A stretch of DNA of 63,069 nucleotides, the filler included, from Basidiobolus ranarum (taxonomy: Eukaryota), in the NCBI GenBank assembly GCA_040143965.1. It is 45 parts of 45 records of this genome, joined end to end, with 100 filler letters (N's around TTAATTAATTAA, not from the genome) between each part and the next. Parts side by side here need not be neighbours in the genome. Positions count along the whole stretch, not along the records: positions 23,929 to 25,232 come from JASJQH010005611.1; positions 25,333 to 26,636 come from JASJQH010005612.1; positions 26,737 to 28,040 come from JASJQH010005613.1; positions 28,141 to 29,444 come from JASJQH010005614.1; positions 29,545 to 30,848 come from JASJQH010005615.1; positions 30,949 to 32,251 come from JASJQH010005616.1; positions 32,352 to 33,654 come from JASJQH010005617.1; positions 33,755 to 35,057 come from JASJQH010005618.1; 37 more parts are not named here. One strand, 5' to 3'. Made by a program: the position numbers and the translations under genes. Of this stretch, positions 24,176 to 37,963 are shown piece after piece (the first letter of the stretch is position 1; every line of letters starts with the position of its first letter). The notes below the pieces were generated by a model that saw only the letters and a list, made by a program, of their open reading frames with translations, was not told where the DNA came from and made no database searches.

Positions 24176-24424
24176 ATAAAATTGAACAAGTCTTATGAAT
24201 CAAATAATGTTAAGAATATACTCTCAGTAGGCCAAGCAACAACTCAAGGACTAAATTTTGTGTTTAGCAAGGCCAGATGCACTATCACAGATCATAATAA
24301 TACCAAATTAGCTACTGGAATCAAAACATGTCATAGACGACAAGGCAACATTGTGGAACAAAAAGTGAACCAAATGATCCAAAATCAGCTTGATTCAGGA
24401 TTAAAATTGTAAATATCACCATAT

Positions 24425-25232
24425 TAGACTTGTTCCATTGTACCAGGTCAGATTGGCTGCTTGATCAGACTGCTAGACCACCATCTGCCACAATCTTTCA
24501 ATTAGCATGGCTAGGTCCTATAATACTTGATTGGAAACCATATGGAACAATATGGCAATCTCTCACTGCAATCATACACAAAGATTTTTTTGGAGCTATT
24601 GTGCCAGCCCATACCAAGTTATCCAATTTAGTATTGCTGAATTAAGATTTTCCATAACTGACAAAGAACGTTCATTCCCTAGTTTGTAACTTACTCATAA
24701 TTCAATATGTGACAATTAACAATTTATATTGTAACATGCCCAATCAAATGTATAACCAGGTCATTTACATGCTTTTAGGCCAATCATTTTTCTCTCACTC
24801 ACACATTATCTTAATCTTCAATTGCACCCAATGGCTCATGCATTATGAAACACCAGTAGTTTTGGCACACCAGCAACAAATAACAGCACTTGATGATAGT
24901 TCAAGCTGCACTATGATAGTAATGATTTGGATAGCTTGATTCATCATTTTTAGATCTGCAAATTATTCATTCAATCATTTAAGCTTCTAGTAGGGCAAGA
25001 ATGTGAATGGATTGGGCCATATCAAGCTAATACAGCTGCACAAGCATTTTATTGACAGACATTTTTTATTTAATTGTAATGAAATTGCTTGTAGTAATAG
25101 ACTAGCATTGATTTTTTTGATATAAGACACACTATCAGTGTTTCATAAAGACATAGCAATTTTGATCTAACTTAAGAGATTGAGGCTATATTTAACTGCA
25201 ATCCACATCAATTTTGCGTGATGCACTAAACA
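24425..25232 (+). mobile_element. Unclassified DNA transposon end (TAGACTTGTTCCATTG terminus, possibly hAT-like)
   Basis: Homologous to 53379-53745 in reverse complement with the same terminus; each copy abuts a different TE. Confidence 0.5.
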
Positions 25233-25332
25233 NNNNNNNNNNNNNNNNNNNNNNNNNNNNNNNNNNNNNNNNNNNNTTAATTAATTAANNNNNNNNNNNN
25301 NNNNNNNNNNNNNNNNNNNNNNNNNNNNNNNN

Positions 25333-25697
25333 ACTAACAAAACCACTCAAAACTTCAAGCTTTGAGAAGTTAAGAGCAGGAATAGGCATTAGTGAATATA
25401 AGCACAATGCTGAATAAGAATTAAGGGAAGGTGTTGGATAATTAATCTTTATTCAACATCATAGTTAACTTTAGTTATGATACATATATCAGAAACAGAA
25501 AGCAATGTATCTATAGCCCCTATATTCTAAATAGGTATATCTCTATATCTATATAACAAGTATGTCTTATTACCCCCACTTATCTATTATATCTTATTAC
25601 ACAAACTCCTGAATATCTCAAACAATTGATTTACTTTTCTACTATATAAGTCACCATGTACTCCCAAGAATAAACTAACTGAAACACACTGTCATAA
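25333..25697 (+). mobile_element. Copia RNase H end, PPT and partial 3' LTR-D (from 25432)
   Basis: LTKPLKTSSFEKLR, PPT AAGGGAAGG, then TGTTGGATAATT as at 3216. Confidence 0.85.
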
Positions 25698-26736
25698 GAC
25701 AATTGTTGGCTATTGTGTGAATAGAAAGGCCTTGACTGGCTCAAAGGATATACTGACAGGTAGGTGGTATATTTCTGATACTTAATATATTTTACCCTAG
25801 CTTTGTCTGCACAGGTAAAAAACCTTTTTCAAATCCTTGGACAAATCCTACTGTCAAATTCATGTTCATGACCTGCTAGCTGAGTCAGTAGTTGTTTTTA
25901 ATTGGAAGTTCTCTTTTTCTCAGGTCATGCTCAAAGAAATCTAGATTAGGATATTCTTTTGTCAGGAACCAGCATATTATTCAACAGAGAGCTAGACTTG
26001 GTATTTTTGTTTATTACTTGTCACTCAATTCTAGCAGCTTGATTCCCTTCTCACAAAGACACAAGAGGCATAAGACAGACTCATATTACAGTATATTGCA
26101 GAGCTACTCAACCATAGTCACTGCACCCTTAGCATACCTCTCAAGACCATTAATGTATTGCAGTTATTGTTGTTGTATAAGCCCTAAAACAACTACATTT
26201 GCCATCCAACATGGGGGTTTTAACTGAGCTTCTCCAAAGACTCACAACAAAATAGACTACTATTACTACAACTCAGTCAACTTGTCAGCCCAAAGCCTGC
26301 CATTGTGTGAATCCCTAATAACTTCCTTCTTTGATGGAACCAAGCTCCAGGCACTCATCAAGAATCAGAAATCTATCTGCTAAGTTTACCATGTTCCTTA
26401 AGACAGAATGACTGCAGAACTACTATTGAATAAACTACACCTTACCTAAAAGAATAAGACAGCATATTTTGATCTGTCTTGCCAATATGAGTGTCTTGCT
26501 GCTTTCCTATAAAACACCCTCAGATTATCACAAAAACAAATGAATGCAAATTATAGAGGTACTCACTATGTGTCTATGGATTGGATTTTGTTGCTGTTGT
26601 TGTGCTCAAACAATGCAAGAACCCATGAGCACAATGNNNNNNNNNNNNNNNNNNNNNNNNNNNNNNNNNNNNNNNNNNNNTTAATTAATTAANNNNNNNN
26701 NNNNNNNNNNNNNNNNNNNNNNNNNNNNNNNNNNNN

Positions 26737-28040
26737 GGCTCCATTACCATAGAGAAAAGTGTATCCAGTTGTTGATCTTCTATCATCAAGGTTTCTTCCC
26801 CAGTCTGCATCACTGTAGCCTTCAAAATTTTGTGCATCAGGAGTGGCCAAGTATTACAGAACTAGATCTACACTTCTTCTCAAGGACCTGAATATTTGTT
26901 TTACTGCAGTGTTGTGCTCAGATCCTGGAATTTTGAGATATTGGCTGACAGTTCCCACTGCCACAGCAATGTCTGGACGTGTTCCAACCATTGTATACAT
27001 TAAACTATCAACCATGGATTGATAAGGGAACTCCATGCTTTGATTTGAGTTGTTTTGGGCCAAATTGGATGAAATTTTAATTAATTTCACATTGGGATCA
27101 ATTGGTGTTGATACAGGCTTGCTATTCGCTATGTTGAAGCGTTTTTGGATGTCTAGGATGTATCTAGACTGATTCAGCATGATTTTCTGATTCGGTTTAT
27201 CTCTCTTGATTTAGATTCCAAGAAAACAACTTAATTCAACCATATCAGTCATCTGAAATTGGTTTCATAAGCTGCTTTTTGTCTGATTAAGTGCTTGTAG
27301 AACATTTGTGGCTATGATTAAGTCATCCACATATAGTGCCAAGATAAGGATCCTATTGCCGGTAGTTTTGATGTAAATACTGTGATCTGCTGTGCATTTT
27401 TGCAATTCCAGAGATTCTAAATAGATATCTATCTTGTGGTACCATTCCCTGGGTGCTTGCTTGAGTCCATAGAGCAATTCTTCCAGTTTATTGACCTTAT
27501 CAGGATGTTTTGGGTCTACAAATCCATCTGATTGCTCCATATAGATCTCTTCTTTTAGATTTCCATTCAGAAAGGCTCTATTTACATCAACTGCATGTAG
27601 ATCAAGGTTATGGATGGCTGAGAGTGCCAGGATTGATCTAATGGAGCTAAACTTAGCTACTGGAGCAAAAGTTTAATTAAAATCAACTCCTGGGGTCTGG
27701 GAACAGCCTTTTGCAACTAATCTTGCTTTGTACCTTTCTATGGTTCCATCAGCTTGGTTTTTGACTTTGTAGACCCATTTGCAACCTATTGGCTTTCTCC
27801 CTGATGGAAGAGGACTTAAAACCCACATTTTATTGTCCTGAAGTGAAGAAAACTCATCTGACATTGCTTTTTCCCATATTTTTGATTCTAGACACTCCAA
27901 AGCTTGATCTAGAGTCTGTGGCTTGTCACAGAGTACTGCATAAGCATATACATCATCATTGGAAGTGTTCCACCAGTTTCCTTGCTTATTTCTCCTTCTG
28001 GATGATCTTCTGGGTCCTGAATCATCCTTTGATGCAATTG
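26737..28040 (-). mobile_element. Copia RT relic
   Basis: GCKWVYKVK...RYKARLVAKG, LYGLKQAPREW, LYVDDL and TRPDIA motifs. Confidence 0.95.
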
Positions 28041-29260
28041 NNNNNNNNNNNNNNNNNNNNNNNNNNNNNNNNNNNNNNNNNNNNTTAATTAATTAANNNN
28101 NNNNNNNNNNNNNNNNNNNNNNNNNNNNNNNNNNNNNNNNTTGACAAAACTATAAATGTCAACTTTCTACTCAATAAATCAATAAGTGAAAACCACCAAT
28201 TCCTCTAATTCTCCAAACCACTTCCAACAGGCTCCCAAATACTTTAACAAACACCTCCTTTGCCACAAGTACAACTAATGCCAATGTTCATATTATCAGC
28301 CCATGATCACATCCTCATTTGTAGCCTGTCTAGTTATTGATCTATCATTACCAATCTCATCTTCATCTGTGCTCATTGATAATACCACTGTCACCTAATC
28401 CAGAACTTCATCTATCACCTAAATACTTCCAACAATCACATTCACAACAATTAATAGGTCTATTACTACTACTATAACACTGTCACCCCACTCTATCTAT
28501 AACCATCATTATCTTCAACCTGCATGTTTTCACTATTATTTCCCAAAGTAAAAGCATTTTACTTTGGGCCAATCAAAAAATATCTCTCAAGCTCAAAATA
28601 ATTTATTGACAAACCTCAAATACCCTCCATTGTAAGTATTCATTATGACAATATCACTCCTAAAGATAGGCTTAGACTAGCAGAATGTTATTATATTTAC
28701 ATGGTGTTTCTGGCAAATGTTTTCTCAGATAACAGTTCTTCAACTCATGGAAGGTGACCCCAGAAAAGAGCACCAAGAGCTCTGATGAGAACACAAAGTT
28801 TTTGTTCTTCAATATTCAGCACACTATATATACAGTGATTCCACAGCTCAAGTTATGTAAGCTGAATACTTTTACTTGGCTTATGCATGCATGTTTAGTT
28901 TTATTTAGATACAACAAATGTTGAGACTGAATGAAATTATTCTTTATTTTCAATATATTACTAATGTTCAGCACTATATCTCTTCCAAGCAATGATAAAA
29001 TTAATTTAATCCAGAGCAGATCTGCCCTCCCAGAGAAGCCATCAGAAGGCCATCATAAGCTGTCAAGGTATGCATTACCATGCTATTTAATGCTACATTA
29101 ATAGAAATCTATTAGTATTCCAACACTATGCAGTAATTTTAGATCAATGCTCCTAAATTTACAACATTCATGCATCTAAAAAATATGCTTATTGGAAATT
29201 CCTTTTTAAGATGTCAATGCAGTAAGTTTTGATCCTTATCAATGCAAAAAAATTTGTATC

Positions 29261-29444
29261 TGTCATGGTTCTGATCTTGGCATACTGATCCACTACAAAT
29301 AGAACTCCTCTATTATTAGATTGTGACATCATATCTGCTGTACCATCTCTTCTCAGCAATCTTGTGTTAGTTTGTCCAGATTACCTTATATGGAAGTCAT
29401 GTTCTTTGGAACATTCCATGAAACCTGACCAATCATGTCATCTC
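29261..29444 (+). repeat. Gypsy LTR start
   Basis: Reverse complement of about 10158-10341. Confidence 0.7.
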
Positions 29445-29544
29445 NNNNNNNNNNNNNNNNNNNNNNNNNNNNNNNNNNNNNNNNNNNNTTAATTAATTAA
29501 NNNNNNNNNNNNNNNNNNNNNNNNNNNNNNNNNNNNNNNNNNNN

Positions 29545-30848
29545 ACTTAGTAATGTTAACTAACTTATATGTGATATATGAGATAGTTAGGTGTATAAAG
29601 ATAGAGATAATATATTAGAGACAATAAACTTCAACAGTATTGGAGGCTATGGAGAGTCCCAATACAAAGTTTTGGAGTGCTGCAATGGCAGAGGAGTATC
29701 AGTTACTCATAGACAACCAAACTTTGACTTTGGTTTTGTTACATGATGACCAAAAATCAATTTGATACAAATGGGTATTAAAAGTTAAACAGCAAGTTGA
29801 TAGATCTGTAGAAAGATATAAAGCCAAATTTTTGGCTAAAGGATACTCTCAAATGGATGGAGTGGACTACAATGAAACATTTGTTCCTGTAGCAAAGTTT
29901 GATTCTATCAGAACCATTCTAGCAGTTGCAGCAAAACACAGCTTAAAAATCCATCTAATGGATATTAAAACTGCTTTTTGAATGGAGACTTGGAAGAAGA
30001 TATATTCATGGATCAACCAGATGGCTTTGTGGATCCTGAGCTCCCTGAGGACATGTGTAAGCTACAAAAATAACTTTATGGACTTAAACAATCACCCAGG
30101 GCCTGGCACACTAAGATAGACACATACTTAGAATCACTTGATTTCCAAAAGAGTGCGGCAGACTTTGGGATCTACTTTAAGACAGATAAGGACAGTAAGG
30201 TGCTACCAGCCTTATATGTGGATGATCTGATTATAGCTACCAATAATGATGAAGCTCCCAGGGACACCAAAAGAGATCTATCAGTCCAATTCAAGATGAC
30301 CAATTTAGGTGAACCTACATATTTGTTAGGTCTGCAGATCCATACAGATATATTGAGCAAATCTGTTACTCAGAATCAATCTACCTACATCTCAGACATT
30401 ACAGGATGGAGAATTCTAAGCCAGTAGCAACTCCCATAGATCCAGGTGTGAAACTAGTCGAAAATTCCATCAAAAATAATGAAAATTGGCCATATATTGC
30501 TCAAAATATGTCATTTGAAAGCCCTGAGTTCCCTTAACAATCTATGGTAGGTAGTTTGATCCAAGCTACAACTGGAACCTGGCTAGATATTTATTTGGCA
30601 GTGGGAGTAGTCAGCCAACATGTGCAAAACCCAGGATCTGATCATTTTGCAGCAGTTAAGTGGATTTTCAGATATTTGAATGGGACAATTGATCTGGGAT
30701 TAAGATACATATATTTTTATGAGAATAAGTGTCTAATTGGATTTAGTGATGCAGATTGGGGATGTGATATTAAGGACAGCAGATCTATCACTGAATATAC
30801 CTTTTTCTATAGTGAAGCAGCCATGTCTTGGAATAGCAAGAAACAACC
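29545..30848 (+). mobile_element. Copia RT relic abutting an LTR-A fragment (29545-29636)
   Basis: LYGLKQSPRAW, LYVDDL and GFSDADW motifs. Confidence 0.92.
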
Positions 30849-30948
30849 NNNNNNNNNNNNNNNNNNNNNNNNNNNNNNNNNNNNNNNNNNNNTTAATTAA
30901 TTAANNNNNNNNNNNNNNNNNNNNNNNNNNNNNNNNNNNNNNNNNNNN

Positions 30949-32251
30949 ATCAATATCCACTCATCTAGGTGTTTATTCAAATGTAAAGACTGGAAGTATT
31001 GGATTTGTATATATTCAAGTGGAATTTGAAAAGATTTCTGCATGATAAGTATTGTCAACATAGGGAGTTATTTGTGGATATTGTTAATATATTTTTATGA
31101 TATTAACTTTCATTGGCAGATCTCAGGCAGATACAGCAACTGTGCTAAGATATTGTAATTGGATATGAAAAACTTTATTACAGGCTTAAAGAAGATAGAC
31201 TGAATTTATGCCGGTATTCAATACATTCCCTGCTGCACCTTTCACAATGCTTAGAGATTATAGTACTTTGCTATACATTCTGGGAGTTCCCAATGGAGCA
31301 CACCTGTGGTGATATGATGCTCTGTGTAAAATTGTCAGTCTTACTGTTTGCTAATCTGATTTACAATGATATGCAAAATCAGTGATGGATGTGATGCAAT
31401 GGGTTAAGGAGAATCCAGAGTATATGAATCTGCCACAAAAGGGCTCTTTTCAATGTGCTCATGGGTTTTTAAATTGTTTGAGCACAATAACAGCAACAAA
31501 GCCCAATCCATGGACACAGAGCAAGTAACACTAAATTGTAATAATTTGCTTGTGTGATAATCTGATGTCATTTTAGGAAAGCTGCAAGACAGACTTCTTG
31601 GTGAGATAGATGGAGATATGCAGTATTATTGTTTAGCCATGGGGTTATCTATTCAGGCAATGACACATCTACTTGTGATAGGACATTTGTTGACTGCAAG
31701 TTGGGGATATATTGGCTGAATTCTTTATGGAAATTTGCCAAAATCCAAGAGCTCATTCTCATTGCGATTGGTAACAAGAGTCAGCTATTTGCCAGATGTC
31801 AGTGCTATTCAAAATTTCAGATGTTTAGCATTTCTTCCACCATTAGTTTGCTGGTAAAGCATATGGATGTTGTTGAATTATGTCTAATCAGTCAAGTATG
31901 TGCATATGTAGAGACTAAACACAATGAGATTGTTGTATTTTTGATTCTCATTATGGCTGGAATACAATGCCTAAAACATCTAAATAAAGGCATGCATATT
32001 AATTCAAATTCCTACAGCAGTAAACCCAGTAATTTGCCATTTCAAAATCATTTTTTTTGAAAATTGCCAGGTATTTAATAACACATGCTAAATTTGAGGA
32101 TCAAAATTTTAACATGTGTGAATACTGTCAAAATACCATCAAGAAACCATTGTTACACCATCATAATCCTTTGCAGAATGCAGGCCACCAATATTGTGAC
32201 AGTTCTCTGTCAGTTTTGCTATTTTGGAAGGTGGATTTGATCCAGATCATA
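30949..32251 (+). mobile_element. CACTA transposase C-terminus to near the right terminus
   Basis: DUF4218-like region followed by sequence matching 2822-3185. Confidence 0.85.
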
Positions 32252-32351
32252 NNNNNNNNNNNNNNNNNNNNNNNNNNNNNNNNNNNNNNNNNNNNTTAAT
32301 TAATTAANNNNNNNNNNNNNNNNNNNNNNNNNNNNNNNNNNNNNNNNNNNN

Positions 32352-32699
32352 GTTGGGTATGAGCTAAACCTTGGGTATGAAGATCTCTATAAAAATATTC
32401 AGGAGAAATAATCAAAGAGACTAGGGATTTCAAAGGTGACAAATTAGCATTCAAGTGGTAATTGTGTAAAATTTCAGTTATGTTTTTTGCACATGTGTTG
32501 ATCTGTAGTTCTCTGAGATTGTAGCCAATCATGTGCAACTATTTTGCAAGATCTTGAAATTTCACTCCTGAAACTGAAAAAATTGATTAAAATCAAATCT
32601 AACTTGTCAATTTTACGATGGTAAGTAAATGGTCTATCCCAAATGGATTAAAATTGTGATGGTTTTCCTACCGTAACAATCCTTAAATTTCTGTTAGGG
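32352..32699. mobile_element. CACTA ORF1 3' end and left terminus (reverse orientation)
   Basis: Ends ...AAATTTCTGTTAGGG. Confidence 0.85.
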
Positions 32700-33080
32700 T
32701 CAATTCTTGAAGCAATTTCCCTAACAATTCTTCTGAGTTACCTTCCCAGTTGCAATAGATGAAGGAGTTGGTGAAGGTATCTGCAACAGTGGAGTAGTAA
32801 CAGCTGTGAGTAAGCTTGTGGAGTATGCAGGATTTTCAGTCAAATCAAAAGTGTTGAAGACATGTTCTTCAATGCAAGATGTAATATACTTTCTTCCCCT
32901 GATTGGATTAGTGAAGTCACACTGTGATTTGCATTATCCAATACCCATCACTTGCTGATCAGATTTTGATGGGCAGAGCTTGTTACTATCACAGGCTTCC
33001 CAGCATTGAGGGCTTTCAATGGCTTCATTCCTAGCAAATAGGATAGTAGAAAGAAGGATGGTTGGAATGAAGTATCTCAT
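32700..33080 (-). pseudogene. Secreted Cys-rich protein with Ser/Thr-rich stalk, pseudogene cut by the CACTA insertion
   Basis: MRYFIPTILLSTILFA signal-like start; CWEAC..LCP..*CKSQC; frameshift into YITSCIEEH and an S/T-rich tract; TATA-like element about 50 nt upstream. Confidence 0.55.
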
Positions 33081-33754
33081 GTTGAATTTTGTTGCTTATG
33101 TTCATGGTAGATTTCTTAAGTCTAATTATATAACATCTGCATATGGCGGTAGTTTCTATATCTGAACACTTTGAGTTATGTTGGTAGTAAAAGTTTTTTT
33201 CCTACAGAAGTTAGGAGAATGCATTACATAATGAATGTGGAGAATATAGATTTTGGAGTAGTTAGTTTATCTATGAAGCCCAATCAACATAGGACAAACT
33301 CTATTGATGGATAAACAAACATATTGATCTGAACAGCTAGTATAGTCCATATTTGGAGCAATATGTACAAATTATATCTGGTTTTTTGATATTGTTACTT
33401 AGATAGTACGCGCCTTAACTCCAACTTTCAGTGGATGGATTGAGATTAAAACCAGTGAGACTGTGATGGAAAGTATATTTTTTTTGGAAATCTCCAAATA
33501 GGATCAGAGCCTCTGACATATCGAGAAAGGCTATGTTGCTTTATTTTATCTTATATCAAACCTTAAAAAGGCATTGGAGCAAGTCGATTGTTATAGTACT
33601 GATGGTGTTGGTAATGCGGTCTGTGTCTTGCTTGATCACAGCTGAATAATAGTGNNNNNNNNNNNNNNNNNNNNNNNNNNNNNNNNNNNNNNNNNNNNTT
33701 AATTAATTAANNNNNNNNNNNNNNNNNNNNNNNNNNNNNNNNNNNNNNNNNNNN

Positions 33755-33931
33755 CTTGTAAGCTTCCACTAAAGCAGGGTCAGAAGGTTCCTTTTCATCT
33801 CCAGAGACAACATCCCAAAGCTCCCTATCCTCCAGCATGATTTGCATTTTGAACTTCCAGAAATTGTAGTTTTCTCCATCAAGCTTTTCAACACTTGAGT
33901 TAATAAAAGTGGTAGTAGTGGTTTCTGTCAT
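33755..33931 (-). mobile_element. Copia gag N-terminus
   Basis: KLDGENYNFWKFKMQIMLEDRELWDVV (DUF4219-like). Confidence 0.9.
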
Positions 33932-33950
33932 GCTGTAAAGGTTAGAACAC

Positions 33951-33963
33951 GGGGCTCATAACC
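33951..33963 (-). promoter_or_regulatory. PBS GGTTATGAGCCCC (Drosophila-copia type, internal tRNA-iMet priming)
   Basis: Directly abuts the LTR; variant GGCTATGAGCCCC next to LTR-B at 54794-54806. Confidence 0.75.
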
Positions 33964-34337
33964 TATTGGGAAAATATGGGCTGTTTGGAGGAACTTTAGA
34001 AAAGTGGAGTTGTGAATAGCTTTGTGAGATAATTATTTATTGACCAGAAATTAAGCATTTATACATTTTGGTGGAAATACAGAAAACTAACACTGGGGTT
34101 GTGTTCAGAACATCTGTGGGAGTAAAATGAGCTATCTTTGGGGCAATTTGGACGAGTTTGAAATTTCCAATATGTAATTGCTAATTCTCACATAATTCAC
34201 ATATATATAGTATGTTCCAATTTTCAGCTAAGTGATATTTAACTAAATAATGTTAACTAACTTATATGTGATATATGAAATAGTTCGGTGTATAAAAGTA
34301 GAGATAATAAATATGATAAAGACAATAAACTTCAACA
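33964..34337 (-). repeat. 5' LTR-A (374 bp, TG...TA termini)
   Basis: TGTTGAAG...CCCAATA, followed by PBS and gag; many other copies in the window. Confidence 0.9.
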
Positions 34338-35057
34338 GACACTGCTGCCATCAGTAAGCTTGAAGGTTTTTGCAGGAGCAATGCACTACGTTGCTGTAGA
34401 TTTTGTCAAATCAATGGAGTTTACTATATCAAGCATACACATTACTACTAACAAAATACCACACTAAACTCCATGATTTTACCATCAAGATCCTGGTTTG
34501 ATTTCAACTAGATCACTGATATCAACTCACCAAATAGTCAGTCTAACATCAAACTTGGAATTAGTTGTAAGCCTAAGATTATGCTGCTAAGGGGGATCAG
34601 CTGGAGCCAGAGCTTCCCATTAAGCACTATGCACTTATCATTCAACAACATTCCACTACTACTTACTCAGCTGTAAAGTGGAAAATTCAATATGAATGAG
34701 CCATTCAAGATAGGATCAAAGTTTGAATCAATTGGGAAAATGCTTGAACACATCAAGATACCATCATACTTTACCAGGTCTCCGATCAATGTCCACTCAT
34801 CTAGGTGTTTATTCAAATGCAAATACTGGAAGTATTGGATTTGTATATATTCAAGTGGAATCTTGAAAAAATTTCTGCCTGATAAGTATTTGCAGCAATG
34901 GGAGTTGTTTCTCAATATTGTTAATATATTCTTTTGGCATCAACTCACAATGGCAGATTGCAGGCAGATACAATGACTGTAGAAAGATTTTGTAATTGGA
35001 TATGAAAAACTTTATTACAGGTTTATAGAAGATAGATCAAATCTATGCCAGTATGCA
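34338..35057 (+). pseudogene. CACTA transposase interrupted by copia at the GDTPA motif
   Basis: Matches about 7372-8085. Confidence 0.88.
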
Positions 35058-36090
35058 NNNNNNNNNNNNNNNNNNNNNNNNNNNNNNNNNNNNNNNNNNN
35101 NTTAATTAATTAANNNNNNNNNNNNNNNNNNNNNNNNNNNNNNNNNNNNNNNNNNNNATCTTGTTGCCTCACTGCCTATGTTCGAAATATTGGGGTTGTA
35201 CACTAACTCTGAAAGGTCACAGAATTTTTTTCTGTTGGATCTTTATTCTAAAAATATGCTCCACTTGGGATAACTAAATACTAAGCTATATATTACAATA
35301 TAGTTTAGGCTATGCTTATTTCAACAATAAATTGCAAGAAGTCAAGTTTTGAATATTACAGTATACCCTGCTTATTATGTGCATATCTTAGTAGCCTATA
35401 TATCTTTACTTAAATGCATCACATTAAGATATTTTTAGAAGAACACAAATAACTGAATTCAATTTAGGAATAAAACTAACCATTGTGATGCTTGCTAGAA
35501 TGGTGGCTGCTTTCTTCAAAGCAAAAAATATGTTAGCAAATGAATGTGTGAATATATGAAGGTTTATGTTGGAGTGGATTGTGCTTATTGTGCTTGTAAG
35601 TTGTAGTAATATTTATGCACTTTGAACCTCACATATAAGTAGTTAACACATAGGATTAAATACTGCTTTATTCACAATTAGAATATATGAAAAATATATG
35701 CATATCTTCCAAAAGTTGGCAAATTTGAATGTGAATACCAGTGTGTGTCTTCAAAATATCACCTTCAACCATTTAAATATTTGAACCCTGATGAAGTAAT
35801 ATGGTATCATGTAATCCCAAATTTAAATCTATGCATCACAAATAGTCCCTGAACTTCAAAGCACTTTAATAAATTGATGCTTGCAGTGCACAGTTCTATG
35901 CTCAATCTCACCTTCTGTGACTCTTTTCCTTACACCAATTTTGACTGAATTTGCAAACAAATAGTAAATGTTTACTCACAAAAATGAGTAGAATTTAAAT
36001 TCAAGTAATCCAGTCATCTCCAAAATACTTCATGTATACATGGATTGATTTTTACCAGAAAATGATCAAATGATAAATGCCAAAAAGATT

Positions 36091-36170
36091 GCTCCTGGGT
36101 GGGTTTAAACCATCAACCTCTTGGTAAACATGTTAACATGTTAATTGAGATATAGCCAAAAGTTGTAGCT
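36091..36170 (-). pseudogene. Possible decayed intron-containing tRNA (Asn-like) 3' half
   Basis: Minus strand ACCAAGAGGTTGATGGTTTAAACCCACCCAGGAGC resembles a T-arm and acceptor strand; D-arm not recognisable. Confidence 0.3.
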
Positions 36171-36560
36171 ACTGGGCTGTTAAAATGCACTTTTGGATAA
36201 TTAGGCATACAGTGGCATGATTTGCTTTTTCCATAAATAGACATACAGTTCCATACTTTGCTTTGTACCTAGCTACATGTCCCCAACACATATCCGTTCA
36301 TTGGCTATTGCTCTTTCGCAAATAACGATACCATATTAGGGACTTAGCAATTATTCGTTAGGGTAGGAGAAGTTCTAGACTCCTTTATCAGTCAAGTACC
36401 TTCCCTTGACTTTTATATATTTGAATTATAAAAGTGTAATCTAGAGTTTTTGCCTGTTCANNNNNNNNNNNNNNNNNNNNNNNNNNNNNNNNNNNNNNNN
36501 NNNNTTAATTAATTAANNNNNNNNNNNNNNNNNNNNNNNNNNNNNNNNNNNNNNNNNNNN

Positions 36561-37863
36561 TTTCAGTCTCCACAAGTGTTTTAAAATCTCTAAAGATAGA
36601 GAGAGCTTCTTTTTTTCTTTCCATAAAGTAGACCCAAGTGTATCTTGTATAATCATCAATAAATGTGATTATATATCTTTTTCTGCCTAAAGATGAATTT
36701 TGCATAGGTCCACACAAATCCAAATGAACTAGATCCAATTTTTTGACAGATTTGATTGAACCAGAGCTCTTGGATGGTTGCCTGACTTGTTTTCCATATA
36801 TACAACCCTCACAAATTTCCACTTTGGTTGGGGGGTTAATTTCAATTCCAGCAATTAGGCAATTTTTGATCATTTTGCTCAAATAATCAGATCCAATATG
36901 GCCAAATCTCTTATGCCATATTTGAATAGTTTCTTGATTGAAATAACTTATATTTATACCTAAACCTCTTGGATTATATGTAAGTTTGTATAAGTTCTGA
37001 TCCTTTTCTCCCAAAGCCAAATAATTCCCATTTTGATCTGCAATGGTACATCCTGACTTATCAAAATTGAATTTCAGCCCTTCTGAGGTGGCCTTGCAAA
37101 TAGATATTAAGTTCTTGGCAATATCTGGAACATGTTACACATCCTTAGAAGTACATACTTTGTCTTCAGAAGCTCTAGGTAAATTGACTTTAATTGTTTC
37201 CATTCCAACAGCATCCAATGTGCAGTCATCTCCCAAGAAAACCTTTCTAATTGGAATTTCTTTATAATCCACAAACCACTGTTTTTCATTTGTGAAATGT
37301 TGGGAAGCTCCAGAATCAGTATATAATCTCTGAGAATCCTTGTTGGTAGTCTTAGATAGAGCAGATATGAACAGGTGATCTTCTGTTGTAACCACATTTC
37401 CAGATTCAGTACCTTTTTCTTCTTTTGCAATTCTTTTCAAGCCATCTTTGTTTATATAGCCAGTTCTTTTACAGTAATCACAGAATGTGTTACATTTCTT
37501 CTTAAAGTGCTTTTGACCTCTATAGGAAGGTTTCCCATAGCCTATTAAAGCATTTTCTTCATTTTTTGGGTTGGATCCTGATTTGTGTAAATCTTCATCA
37601 AGAAGTCTGCCAAATACATAATTTAAGGTCAAATTTTCAGTTCTTGATCTAGAGCCATTACTAGGCTCTGAAACTCATGTGGCAGGCTATTCATGACTAT
37701 AACTATGATATCTTGATCAGTGGTAGGTACTCCAATGTATTCCATTTCATCCACTAAAATAGTGACTCTATTAGTTAGTGATTTAATGTCTTCTCCTGGC
37801 TTCATCTTTAAGTTAAAGAATTGTCTTCTTAGAAACATCTTGTTGGCAGCAGAACTTGTTTGG
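36561..37863 (-). mobile_element. Copia gag-protease-integrase relic
   Basis: FLRRQFFNLKM, CDYCKRTG, DSGASQHFT, WHKRFGH and FIDDYTRYTWVYF motifs. Confidence 0.94.
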
Positions 37864-37963
37864 NNNNNNNNNNNNNNNNNNNNNNNNNNNNNNNNNNNNN
37901 NNNNNNNTTAATTAATTAANNNNNNNNNNNNNNNNNNNNNNNNNNNNNNNNNNNNNNNNNNNN

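Noticed and set aside
32692-32726. TGTTAGGG...CCCTAACA inverted repeat as a second transposon end
   Set aside because: The second half matches only 8-9 nt and lies within the pseudogene reading frame; likely chance
36285-36460. Possible second organellar rRNA or intron fragment
   Set aside because: CpG-retaining and compositionally distinct, but I could not match a diagnostic motif
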